Origin: Nemertoderma westbladi
Taxonomy: Eukaryota > Animalia > Xenacoelomorpha
Assembly (NCBI GenBank): GCA_032718475.1
Contig: JAUCBJ010005472.1
Coordinates: forward strand, 1,888-65,887
Length of the DNA: 64,000 bases
Direction of reading: 5' to 3'
Of the stretch, positions 1 through 9,882 are shown in pieces; position 1 is the stretch's first letter; every line of letters begins with the position of its first letter. Under the pieces are notes generated by a model that was given only the letters and a program-made list of their open reading frames with translations, had not been told where the DNA came from and did no database searches. The position numbers and the translations under genes are program-made.

Positions 1-2007
1 TACCGGTTTCGGACCCATTGGAGTAACGGTTACCGGTTTCGGAACCGTTGGAGTAATGGTTACCAGATTCGGTACCGCTGGTGTCTGTTGTAAATCATCC
101 CGTATGTCTGTTATTTTCTTATCGAAAAAGTCAGCAAATCTGTTCGCCAGCTCCTCTTCACTGTCTGCGTCAGGTAACTTTGTTTTAGTCTTCCGGTACA
201 GTATTGTATCAATTACTGAGAATAATTTCTTTTGATTACCCGCATTTTCTTTTATTATGTCCCGATAAAATGTTTCTTTTGCTGTAACAATAATATCAGA
301 AACGCGTTTACACTGATCTCTATAAGCAGTTTGGTCAACAATAAGTTTAGATTTTCGATACTTCCTCTCTAATTGTCGCCGTTTTCTTTTCTCCTCTGCA
401 ATGTTATCGTTGTACCACTCTGACTCGGGACGTCTTCGCACGGTTTTCCGCATTGCCGGAGCATGTTTATTCATTATCATGGATAATGTGTCATTGTATT
501 GAAGCAACATATCATTGAGATTATCAGAGGGAGTTTGACATAACGGTGATGATTCTAGATCGTATGTAAGGTGATCCCAGTTAATTTTTTTAATGTTTCT
601 ATATGTAAATGATTCAAGGGGCATTTCTGGTTTAAGCAGATCAATATCGAAATGTACAGCAAAATGGTCGGATAATCCAATATCTTCAATGTGGATGTTT
701 TTGATAGTTTTCTCATCATCTGAATGAACCAGAATAAGGTCAAGAGTGTGCCCATGTCTGTGAGTTGGCTCCGTTACTAACTGCACCAACCCAAAACATT
801 TGATTAGGTTGCCGAAATCATTAGCATCTTTGTCGTTCTTGTCATCCACATGAAAGTTAAAATCCCCCAATAAAGTAATCTTCCCAGCCATGATGATTAT
901 ATGCTGCATGAAATCTGCAAATTGGTCAAAGAATTGCTGTACAGTTAATCCATTTGTAGCCGAGGGGCACGTCCGATATACTATAATAATCCTCATCAAT
1001 ACCCCAATATAAATCATTGTAAATTCAATATATTCAAAGGTCGAGTAAACTACACAATTGGCGCTTTTCTTTAGTTTTAGAGTCTCATTGTGTATACAAG
1101 CCACACCTCCTCCCCTACATCCGGTGCGGGCTTGACTCTGCACTGTGCCACCAGTGGGGCATATTTCATTAACTATTATGTCATCATCCACATCACCCCT
1201 TAACCACGTTTCGGTAATAGCAGTTATGTCAAATTTCTCATCCACTATGTAGTCCTTTATTACCGGAGCTTTGTTAACAATGGATCTAGCATTGTATAAG
1301 CAACAATGTATCAGCTGAGATCGGGAACCAACCGGTATCGGACCCGCTGGAGTAACGGTTGCCGGATTCGGACATGCTGGAGTAACAGTTACCGGATTCG
1401 GACCCGCTGGAGTAAGAGTTACCGGATTAGGACCCGGTGGAGTAACGGTTACTGGTTTCTGACCCGATGGAATAACGTTTCCCGTATTCGTATTCGGACC
1501 CGCTGGAGTAACTGTTACCGGATTCGGACCCGCTGGAGTAACGTTTCTCGTATTCGGACCCGCTGGAGTAAGGTTTCGCGTATTCGGACCCGCTGGAGTA
1601 ACGTATCCCGTATTCGGACCCGCTCGGGTAACTTTTCTCGTATTCGGACCCGCTGGAGTAACAGTTACCAGTTTCGGACCCGCTGGAGTAACAGTTACGG
1701 GATTCGGACCTGCTGGAGTAACAGTTACTGGATTCGGACCCGCTGGAGTTACAGTTACCGGATTTGGACCCGCTGGAGTAACATATCCCAGATTCGGACC
1801 CGCTGGAGTAATGTATCCTGTATTCGGACCCGCTGGAGTAACGTTTCCCATATTCTGACCCGCTGGAGTAACGTATCCCATATTCGGACTCGCTGGAGTT
1901 ACGTTTCCCGTATTCGGACCCGCTGGAGTAACGGTTTCTGGATTCGGCACCCAATGAACAGATCGACATGCAGTACTTGGATGTAGGGGTAAGCGTACGG
2001 ATGGTTG
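1..2007 (-). CDS. Non-LTR retrotransposon (CR1/L2-like) ORF2, N-terminal part: 10-aa Pro/Thr repeat, APE endonuclease and linker; runs off the window before the RT domain
   Basis: Read triplet by triplet, there is no minus-strand stop from 2007 to 1; it is probably absent from the ORF track because it exits the window. Translation shows APE motifs CLYNARSIVNK, DITAITETWL, RGGGVA, IVYR, LLGDFNFH, PTHRHGHTLDLI and LSDHF, then the linker EWYNDNIAEEKRKRRQLERKYRK. Confidence 0.93.
1330..1950. repeat. 30-bp tandem repeat (~20 units, e.g. TTCGGACCCGCTGGAGTAACAGTTACCGGA) encoding VTPAGPNPVT / VTPAGPNTGN in the ORF2 frame; the same unit recurs at 1-80
   Basis: Visible 30-bp periodicity with one frame-preserving 6-bp duplication near 1485. 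Confidence 0.97.
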
Positions 2008-3186
2008 TCAATCCAGATCAACCTGCAGCTGCCCTGCAGACCCTGGATTGCTCGGTGTAAGAGTAACCGTTGATTTCTCAATAACAGAAACATCAGTGTT
2101 AGACAGACCATTCTGTGGATGCTCCGCATCCGACCGTGCACTCCTCTTTAGTGCACTGGAGTCCACAACTTCATTCTTGTAGATAACCCAATGGGTTTTC
2201 GGATCTGTAGCTATCAAGTCTCGTCGTCGTTGACGCAACTGAAATTGTAAGGTACTTTCTGCAGGAGTGTAGTCGGGCGATATATAGACCTCATTATAAC
2301 GTCTGCATTTACGAAGCTCTCTAGATTTCTTCAGTATAGCAGCGCGTTTCTCCTTCGGGAGGGTTACGACAATTGGTTGAGTTCTAATGTTGCCAGCATT
2401 CCCAGCTCGTCTCTTTGTCTTTATTTGGGACTCATTTAATTGTATATTCAACGAACAGGCTATGTTGATTACCGCTTTGGTGTCATTGTCGTTCTCACAA
2501 GAAGGCAAACCTTTAATAACGAGGTTTAATTCCCGGCGTCGCTGGTCGGCTTCCTCGTCCTTAATCTGACGGGCGAGGACGGCAACGTTAGTGGCGGCCG
2601 GAGTACCCTTCCCCCGCGGACGGCGAGGAGGAACAACGTTCCAGCTCGCACCGTCATTGGTATCAGACACGCCTCGCTCAGTAGTCGACTGGAGATCAAG
2701 ATCCTCTAGTTGCTGTTTAATTTCCTCTCTTTTTCGTTCATCACTTTCAATGTAATTGTTTAAATTACTTTGAATTTCTTTTACTGAATCCTGGAGCGAC
2801 TTAGTAACTTGGTCCCGATCCGCAGCGTCGTTTTCGAAGCAGTCGCGTAGCGCATTGAGTTCAGAGTCATGTCGTGATTCCAATTCCTTAATCTCATCAG
2901 ATAGCCGTATGATGTGTTTTGCCATGCATTTCCCACAATAGAATTGAACCGAACCGAAATTTGTACCAGGTTTAGCCACGATGATCACAGTAATCTTGCA
3001 ACTACTTCCGGAGCACTCTACCTCGATCTCTTCCTGTCCGTCGATCCTAGAATCGGATGTTCGTTGGTTGCCATTGCCGTCAGCCGGTAACTTTTTCCTA
3101 CTGTTATACTGAAGTTGCCCACTTTGACGGCGTCGGTGGTTGTCCCCTACTGATAGGGATTTTCTTTCTGGTTGAGAATTACTCAT
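2008..3186 (-). CDS. LINE ORF1 protein (392 aa): degenerate Cys cluster, coiled coil, RRM-like and C-terminal domain
   Basis: Lies directly upstream of an APE ORF2. Has a coiled-coil segment followed by RRRELNLVIKGLP ... RTQPIVVTL ... VYISPDYTPAE, motifs typical of CR1/L2-group ORF1. Confidence 0.88.
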   Translation of the reverse strand: MSNSQPERKSLSVGDNHRRRQSGQLQYNSRKKLPADGNGNQRTSDSRIDGQEEIEVECSGSSCKITVIIVAKPGTNFGSVQFYCGKCMAKHIIRLSDEIKELESRHDSELNALRDCFENDAADRDQVTKSLQDSVKEIQSNLNNYIESDERKREEIKQQLEDLDLQSTTERGVSDTNDGASWNVVPPRRPRGKGTPAATNVAVLARQIKDEEADQRRRELNLVIKGLPSCENDNDTKAVINIACSLNIQLNESQIKTKRRAGNAGNIRTQPIVVTLPKEKRAAILKKSRELRKCRRYNEVYISPDYTPAESTLQFQLRQRRRDLIATDPKTHWVIYKNEVVDSSALKRSARSDAEHPQNGLSNTDVSVIEKSTVTLTPSNPGSAGQLQVDLD

Positions 3187-3425
3187 TATAATTCAATCAC
3201 CAATAATCAGATAATATAATATTACAGAACCAGTTAAACAAGTTGGCGAGTGTAATCAGGTCAGATAGGACTCTCCAATTAAATTAATAAATTTGTATTC
3301 CTCAACTTAGCTATTTTTTTTTTCAAAATAATTAATAAACTATATTTAACAATTTATTATAAATCGTATTTTTGTGGCAACACTTACGAAAAATCGTTCT
3401 ACGAAAAATCGTTCTACGAAAAATA

Positions 3426-5904
3426 AGTTAGTGTTCTACTGTCAGCATTAGAGTATGGAGGACTGCTGTAACCGGTTAGTTAGTGTTCTACTGTCAGCAT
3501 TAGAGTATAGAAGACTGCAACTATAACCGGTTAGTTAGTGTTATATTGTCAGCACTAGTGTATGGAGGACTACTGTAACCGGTTAGTTAGTGTTATATTG
3601 TCAGCACTATTGTATGGAGACTACAACTATAACCGGTTAGTTAGTGTTCTACTGTCAGCACTAGTGTATGGAGGACTACTGTAACCGGTTAGTTAGTGTT
3701 CTACTGTCAGCATTAGAGTATGGAGGACTACTGTAACCGGTTAGTTAGTGTTCTACTGTCAGCATTAGAGTATAGAAGACTGCAACTATAACCGGTTAGT
3801 TAGTGTTATATTGTCAGCACTAGTGTATGGAGGACTACTGTAACCGGTTAGTTAGTGTTATATTGTCAGCACTATTGTATGGAGACTACAACTATAACCG
3901 GTTAGTTAGTGTTCTACTGTCAGCACTAGTGTATGGAGGACTACTGTAACCGGTTAGTTAGTGTTCTACTGTCAGCATTAGAGTATGGAGGACTACTGTA
4001 ACCGGTTAGTTAGTGTTATATTGTCAGCACTAGTGTATGGAGGACTACTGTAACCGGTTAGTTAGTGTTCTACTGTCAGCACTATTGTATGGAGACTACA
4101 ACTATAACCGGTTAGTTAGTGTTCTACTGTCAGCACTAGTGTATGGAGGACTACTGTAACCGGTTAGTTAGTGTTCTACTGTCAGCATTAGAGTATGGAG
4201 GACTACTGTAACCGGTTAGTTAGTGTTATATTGTCAGCACTAGTGTATGGACTACTGTAACCGGTTAGTTAGTGTTCTACTGTCAGCATTAGAGTATGGA
4301 GGACTACTGTAACCGGTTAGTTAGTGATTTACTGTCAGCACTAGTGTATATAAGACTGCAACTATAACCGGTTAGTTAGTGTTATATTGTCAGCACTAGT
4401 GTATGGAGGACTACTGTAACCGGTTAGTTAGTGTTCTACTGTCAGCACTAGTGTATGGAGGACTACTGTAACCGGTTAGTTAGTGTTCTACTGTCAGCAT
4501 TAGAGTATGGAGGACTACTGTAACCGGTTAGTTAGTGATTTACTGTCAGCACTAGTGTATATAAGACTGCACCTATAACCGGTTAGTTAGTGTTATATTG
4601 TCAGCACTAGTGTATGGAGGACTACTGTAACCGGTTAGTTAGTGATCTATTGTCAGCACTAGTGTATGGAGGACTACTGTATCCGGTTAGTTAGTGTTCT
4701 ACTGTCAGCACTAGTGTATGGACTACTGTAACCGGTTAGGTAGTGTTCTACTGTCAGCATTAGAGTATGGAGGACTACTGTAACCGGTTAGTTAGTGATT
4801 TACTGTCAGCACTAGTGTATATAAGACTGCAACTATAACCGGTTAGTTAGTGTTATATTGTCAGCACTAGTGTATGGAGGACTACTGTAACCTGTTAGTT
4901 AGTGTTCTACTGTCAGCACTAGTGTATGGAGGACTACTGTAACCGGTTAGTTAGTGTTCTACTGTCAGCACTAGTGTATGGAGGACTACTGTAACCGGTT
5001 AGTTAGTGTTCTACTGTCAGCATTAGAGTATGGAGGACTACTGTAACCGGTTAGTTAGTGATTTACTGTCAGCACTAGTGTATTGAGGACTACAACTATA
5101 ACCGGTTAGTTAGTGTTCTACTGTTAGCACTAGTGTATGGAGGACTACTGTAACCGGTTAGTTAGTGTTATATTGTCAGCACTAGTGTATGGAGGACTAC
5201 TGTAACCGGTTAGTTAGTGTTCTACTGTCAGCACTAGTGTATGGAGGACTACTGTAACCGGTTAGTTAGTGTTCTACTGTCAGCATTAGAGTATGGAGGA
5301 CTACTGTAACCGGTTAGTTAGTGTTATATTGTCAGCACTAGTGTATGGAGGACTACTGTAACCGGTTAGTTAGTGTTCTACTGTCAGCATTAGAGTATAG
5401 AAGACTGCAACTATAACCGGTTAGTTAGTGTTCTACTGTCAGCACTAGTGTCTGGAGGACTACTGTAACCGGTTAGTTAGTGTTCTACTGTCAGCATTAG
5501 AGTATGGAGGACTACTGTAACCGGTTAGTTAGTGATTTACTGTCAGCACTAGTGTATATAAGACTGCAACTATAACCGGTTAGTTAGTGTTATATTGTCA
5601 GCACTAGTGTATGGAGGACTAATGTAACCTGTTAGTTAGTGTTCTACTGTCAGTACTAGTGTATGGACTACTGTAACCGGTTAGCTAGTGATCTATTGTC
5701 AGCACTAGTGTATGGAGGACTACTGTAACCGGTTAGTTAGTGTTCTACTGTCAGCATTAGAGTATAGAAGACTACAACTATAACCGGTTAGTTAGTGTTC
5801 TACTGTCAGCACTAGTGTATATAAGACTGCAACTATAACTGGTTAGTTAGTGTTACATTGTCAGCACTAGTGTATGGAGGACTACTGTAACCGGTTAGTT
5901 AGTG
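3426..5904. repeat. 52-bp minisatellite with 49/54/55-bp variants (ACCGGTTAGTTAGTGTTCTACTGTCAGCACTAGTGTATGGAGGACTACTGTA), ~47 units
   Basis: Direct periodicity, e.g. AACCGG at 4941 and 4993. Confidence 0.98.
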
Positions 5905-6309
5905 CGGGGTTGGTTTATGCATAGCTTAACATTTACGGTGCAGTCCGAGTGAACTTTATCATATCTCACATCCTTCATGTAGCGAATCTAATTAGTAACA
6001 GAGTAACTATGGCCGTGCTCGATCAATTATTGATTCAACTTTCGACTTTTCTAAATAGAAAATTCCATCCACCTGTTCAACAAAAGGCTTTATTCACTTT
6101 TGTAGTTAACCCCAAATATAAAAAAAATTGGAAATACCATCTGCTCATTATAATCTCATGAAAGCGCTCTTCACCGATACTAAAATGGTAATGAATGAAT
6201 TATATAATCAATGTAAACCACCAGACACTGTCAATCACATCTAATGAGCCCCAATGATATTCAATGATGGCATAAATCAATAGTAGATGCTACCCTTCCA
6301 CAGAAGAAC

Positions 6310-6351
6310 TATATATAAGAAATAGTTTGTTGGAGATTTTATTTAGTCAGT
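6310..6351 (+). promoter_or_regulatory. Putative core promoter: TATA box and Inr-like TTAGTC/TCAGT
   Basis: TATATATAAG at 6310-6319. TTAGTC has its A at 6345, about 31 nt after TATAAG and 34 nt before the ATG at 6379. Confidence 0.5.
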
Positions 6352-6378
6352 GAATAATATAAATCTAAAAGCTGTAAA

Positions 6379-6439
6379 ATGAATCCTCATTATATTGGAA
6401 TAACTTCTGTTATTACTTTGCTGGTGGTTCTGCCTTGTG
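6379..6439 (+). CDS. Exon 1 of secreted Cys-rich protein gene (signal peptide)
   Basis: AAAATG start; encodes MNPHYIGITSVITLLVVLPC (hydrophobic core); donor G|GTGAGT, phase 1. Confidence 0.75.
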
Positions 6440-6692
6440 GTGAGTTGTCATTATAAAACGCTCAATTGAACTAAAAATAAACTATCTACATAATTTCAAC
6501 CTGTCTTCGATACTGGAACATATAACTATATTAAACTAGAACTACCGAACCACTATTTATATGTTTTTTTAATTTGATTTGATATGTAAAACAGAAGTGT
6601 TACTTAGTTTTTACCATAAGTGGAAATGTTTTCTATTATTTTATCGTTGAGTGTTTAATTATAATTTATATAAACTTCCATTATTTCTTTAG

Positions 6693-6752
6693 GAGTGCAA
6701 GGAGGATTTGGAGCGGAAGAAGGATGTGTTTCATGCTGCCCTAAACCTCCAT
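6693..6752 (+). CDS. Exon 2 of secreted Cys-rich protein gene (GVQGGFGAEEGCVSCCPKPP)
   Basis: Acceptor TTATTTCTTTAG and donor T|GTAAG; 60 nt, phase 1-1; completes the signal peptide (VQG). Confidence 0.75.
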
Positions 6753-7014
6753 GTAAGAAATAACGTTTGTGTTTGTCGTATTTCCATAGCTAGAATATAG
6801 GATTAAAGGACTTCACCTAATCACTTTAGTTTATTTTAAACAACAACATTCTACAGTACCAATAATATAAAATGTTATAACAATAAGACCTTTTTTCTAC
6901 TCACAAACACAAATAAATAGGCTGCCAGTTAACATTGAATCACAATCAGAGAAACAGTTGGCAGGTGTATTGGGCAGTGGGCAAGGACAAAGTGTGAAAA
7001 TGACTAACTGATTT

Positions 7015-8398
7015 TCAACAGTAAACCCTTCCTCCACTCTGTTTCCTAAAGGAATGTCTGTTCACCACCATGGGTTATCTTCCACAGTAAACCCTTCCTC
7101 CACTCTGTTTCCTAAAGGAATGCCTGTTCACCACCATGGGTTATCTTCCACAGTAAACACTTCCTCCACTCTATTTCCTAAAGGAATGCCTGTTCGTTCA
7201 CCCCCATGGGTTATCTTCCACAGTAAACCCTTCCTCCACTCTGTTTCCTAAAGGAATGCCTGTTCACCACCATGGGTTATCTTCCACAGTAAACCCTTCC
7301 TCCACTCTGTTTCCTAAAGGAATGCCTGTTCACCACCATGGGTTATCTTCCACAGTAAACCCTTCCTCCACTCTGTTTCCTAAAGGAATGCCTGTTCACC
7401 ACCATGGGTTATTTTCCACAGTAAACCCTTCCTCAACTATGTTTCCTAAAGGAATGCCTGTTCACCACCATGGGTTATCTTCCACAGTAAACCCTTCCTC
7501 CACTCTGTTTCCTAAAGGAATGCTGTTCACCACCATGGGTTATCTTCCTCAGTAAACCCTTCCACTCAGTTTCCGAAAGGAATGTCTGTTCACCACCATG
7601 GGTTATTTTCCACAGTAAACCCGTCCACTCTGTTTCCCAAAGGAATGCCTGTTCACCACCATGGGTTATCTTCCACAGTAAACCCTTCCACTCTGAGTCC
7701 TAAAGGAATGCCTGTTCACCACCATGGGTGATCTTCCTCAGTAAACCCTTCCACTCTGTTTCCTAAAGGAATCCCTTTTCACCACCATGGGTAATCTTCC
7801 ACAGTAAACCCGTCCACTCTGTTTCCCAAAGGAATGCCTGTTCACCACCATGGGTTATCTTCCACAGTAAACCCTTCTCCCACTCTGTTCCCTAAAGGAA
7901 TGCCTGTTCACCACCATGGGTTATCTTCCTCAGTAAACCCTTCCACTCAGTTTCCGAAAGGAATGTCTGTTCACCACCATGGGTTATCTTCCACAGTAAA
8001 CCCTTCCACTCTGTTTCCTAAAGGAATGCCTGTTCACCACCATAGATTATCTTCCACAGTAAACCCTTCCACTCTGTTTCCTAAAGGAATGCATGTTCAC
8101 CACCATGGTTTATCTTCCACAGTAAACCCTTCCACTCTGTTTCCTAAAGGAATGTCTGTTCACCACCATGGCTGATCTTCACCAGTAAACCCTTCCACTC
8201 TGTTTCCTAAAGGAATGCCTGTTCACCACCATGGGTTATCTTCCACAGTAAACCCTTCCACTCTGCTTCCTAAAGAAATGCCTGTTCACCACCATGGGTG
8301 ATCTTCCACAGTAAACCTTTCACTCTGTTAACTAAATTAATGCCTGTTCACCACCATGGGTGATCTTCTACAGTAAACCTTTCCACTATGTTTCCCAA
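7015..8398. repeat. Intronic tandem repeat with 66-bp units changing to 63-bp units (~21 copies)
   Basis: Unit CACAGTAAACCCTTC(CTC)CACTCTGTTTCCTAAAGGAATGCCTGTTCACCACCATGGGTTATCTTC. Confidence 0.97.
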
Positions 8399-8454
8399 GT
8401 TGCCTTGGATCCCATTTATCGATTAGTTAAGGATGAAGGTTTGGACAGTTGGCA

Positions 8455-8612
8455 GGTGAGGACCTTCGAATACGTAAGGGAAAGCGTAAGGGCTTTCCAG
8501 GATTTGGAAGTCAAATAAAATTCATCGGAAACTTAAGGTCCCATTATTTAGAGCAGCAGTAGTTCCAATAATACTTACTCTATGGGAGTCCATGCTGGGC
8601 TCTAACTGCTGG
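8455..8612 (+). pseudogene. RTE-clade LINE ORF2 fragment (post-RT region)
   Basis: With frameshifts it reads EDLRIRKGK ... RIWKSNKIHRKLKVPLFRAAVVPI..LYGSPCWALT. Confidence 0.6.
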
Positions 8613-9882
8613 CATATTCACAATAATAATACATCGTGTTCACTGTGTCAAGTACAATGCATACATCTCCAACCAGACACTATATAACATCTCATTGGTT
8701 CCCCCAAGCTTGACACTTGATCAATGACGCCTCCGCTTTGCAGGACATTGTTTTCGCCGTAAGGACTAGCCTCCGCACAATCTTGTGCTTTGGCTACTCC
8801 ATGGAGTGAATAAGCATGGTGGACAGCCCATGACTTTCGTGAGACGCATCTTAAAGGACATTGGCCTTGAAGATGCGGATGATCTAGCAAATTCATGGGT
8901 GATAGGGAGTTGTGGTGGCGCAACGTTGTTGCAACATGTTTGCCTATTTTCTTGACCTTGGTGTAAATATAATAGAACACCAACACTGCTTTTACTATTA
9001 TTTTATATTTTCGTTAATTTAGTTGAAATTTAAGTTATCGTCAGTATATTGTTGTTTCTTGTTACTTGTAATATTTGTAAAAACGGTTATGAATCTTGTT
9101 TAAAATGTGTCCATTTGTTTAATGTTCTTTTTTCAGGTAACTATGCATTATTATCTTTATCTGTATATTTTTTAAGTGTTCTGATTAATAATTTTATTTA
9201 CTACAAGGTGAACGTTGTGTTACTCGTGAGTTGCTGGAAAGATTCTTGTTCGCTCTGGTTGATTTACGGCAACTAAAGGATTCTCTCAATCGGGCATCAT
9301 GTGGACCACCAAGAGGTAAATTGGATTTTCGAATTTTTGCCAAAAGTTTTATTTCACTTAAAACAATTTTATTTATTCGGCCCGCCTCGCTTCCTAGAAG
9401 GATTAATATGTCAGAAAGCCATCAGGAAAAAAGCCGTAATGAATTATTTATGGATAATTAATAAATAAAGTATTTTATTTCATTAGTTTTGTATTCCACT
9501 CCAGTAATTCGTTTTGAAGAAAAACTGACTGTGTTTTATTCACATACGATCGGATGCTCAAAACAAAACATCAAATAACTTAATTTATTTTCCATAATGT
9601 TTGCCTGGCTTATTCCGAGGTTACATTTGTATGCTTGGACAGGTAAGGCATGCGAATTGTTTTCCATACTGCCTATATCATATACACCAAATAATAAACA
9701 CTCAGCCACCATAGTCTAAAATCACATTTACAATTTATTTAATGTATCAAAATTTAAAACACATAGTTTTTGAATTCCATAATTGAATTGCTTAAATACG
9801 CCCACTACAAGATTATTATTATACATACATATAGTAAGTTGGAAACTATCTCTACTAACAAACTATTTTATCTTATTGACAG

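Noticed and set aside
1306-2011. ORFs 1306-1986 (+, RIRTRWSN repeats) and 1427-2011 (-, YSSGSE repeats) as separate genes
   Set aside because: They are alternative frames of the 30-bp repeat; only the third frame connects to the endonuclease.
7054-8175. His-rich MPVHHHGLSS repeat ORFs
   Set aside because: Translations of an intronic tandem repeat broken by frameshifts and stops, with no convincing splice sites.
9783-9882. N-terminal 33 aa of the 561-aa ORF
   Set aside because: Non-ATG start; contains a branch point and acceptor, so it is intronic.
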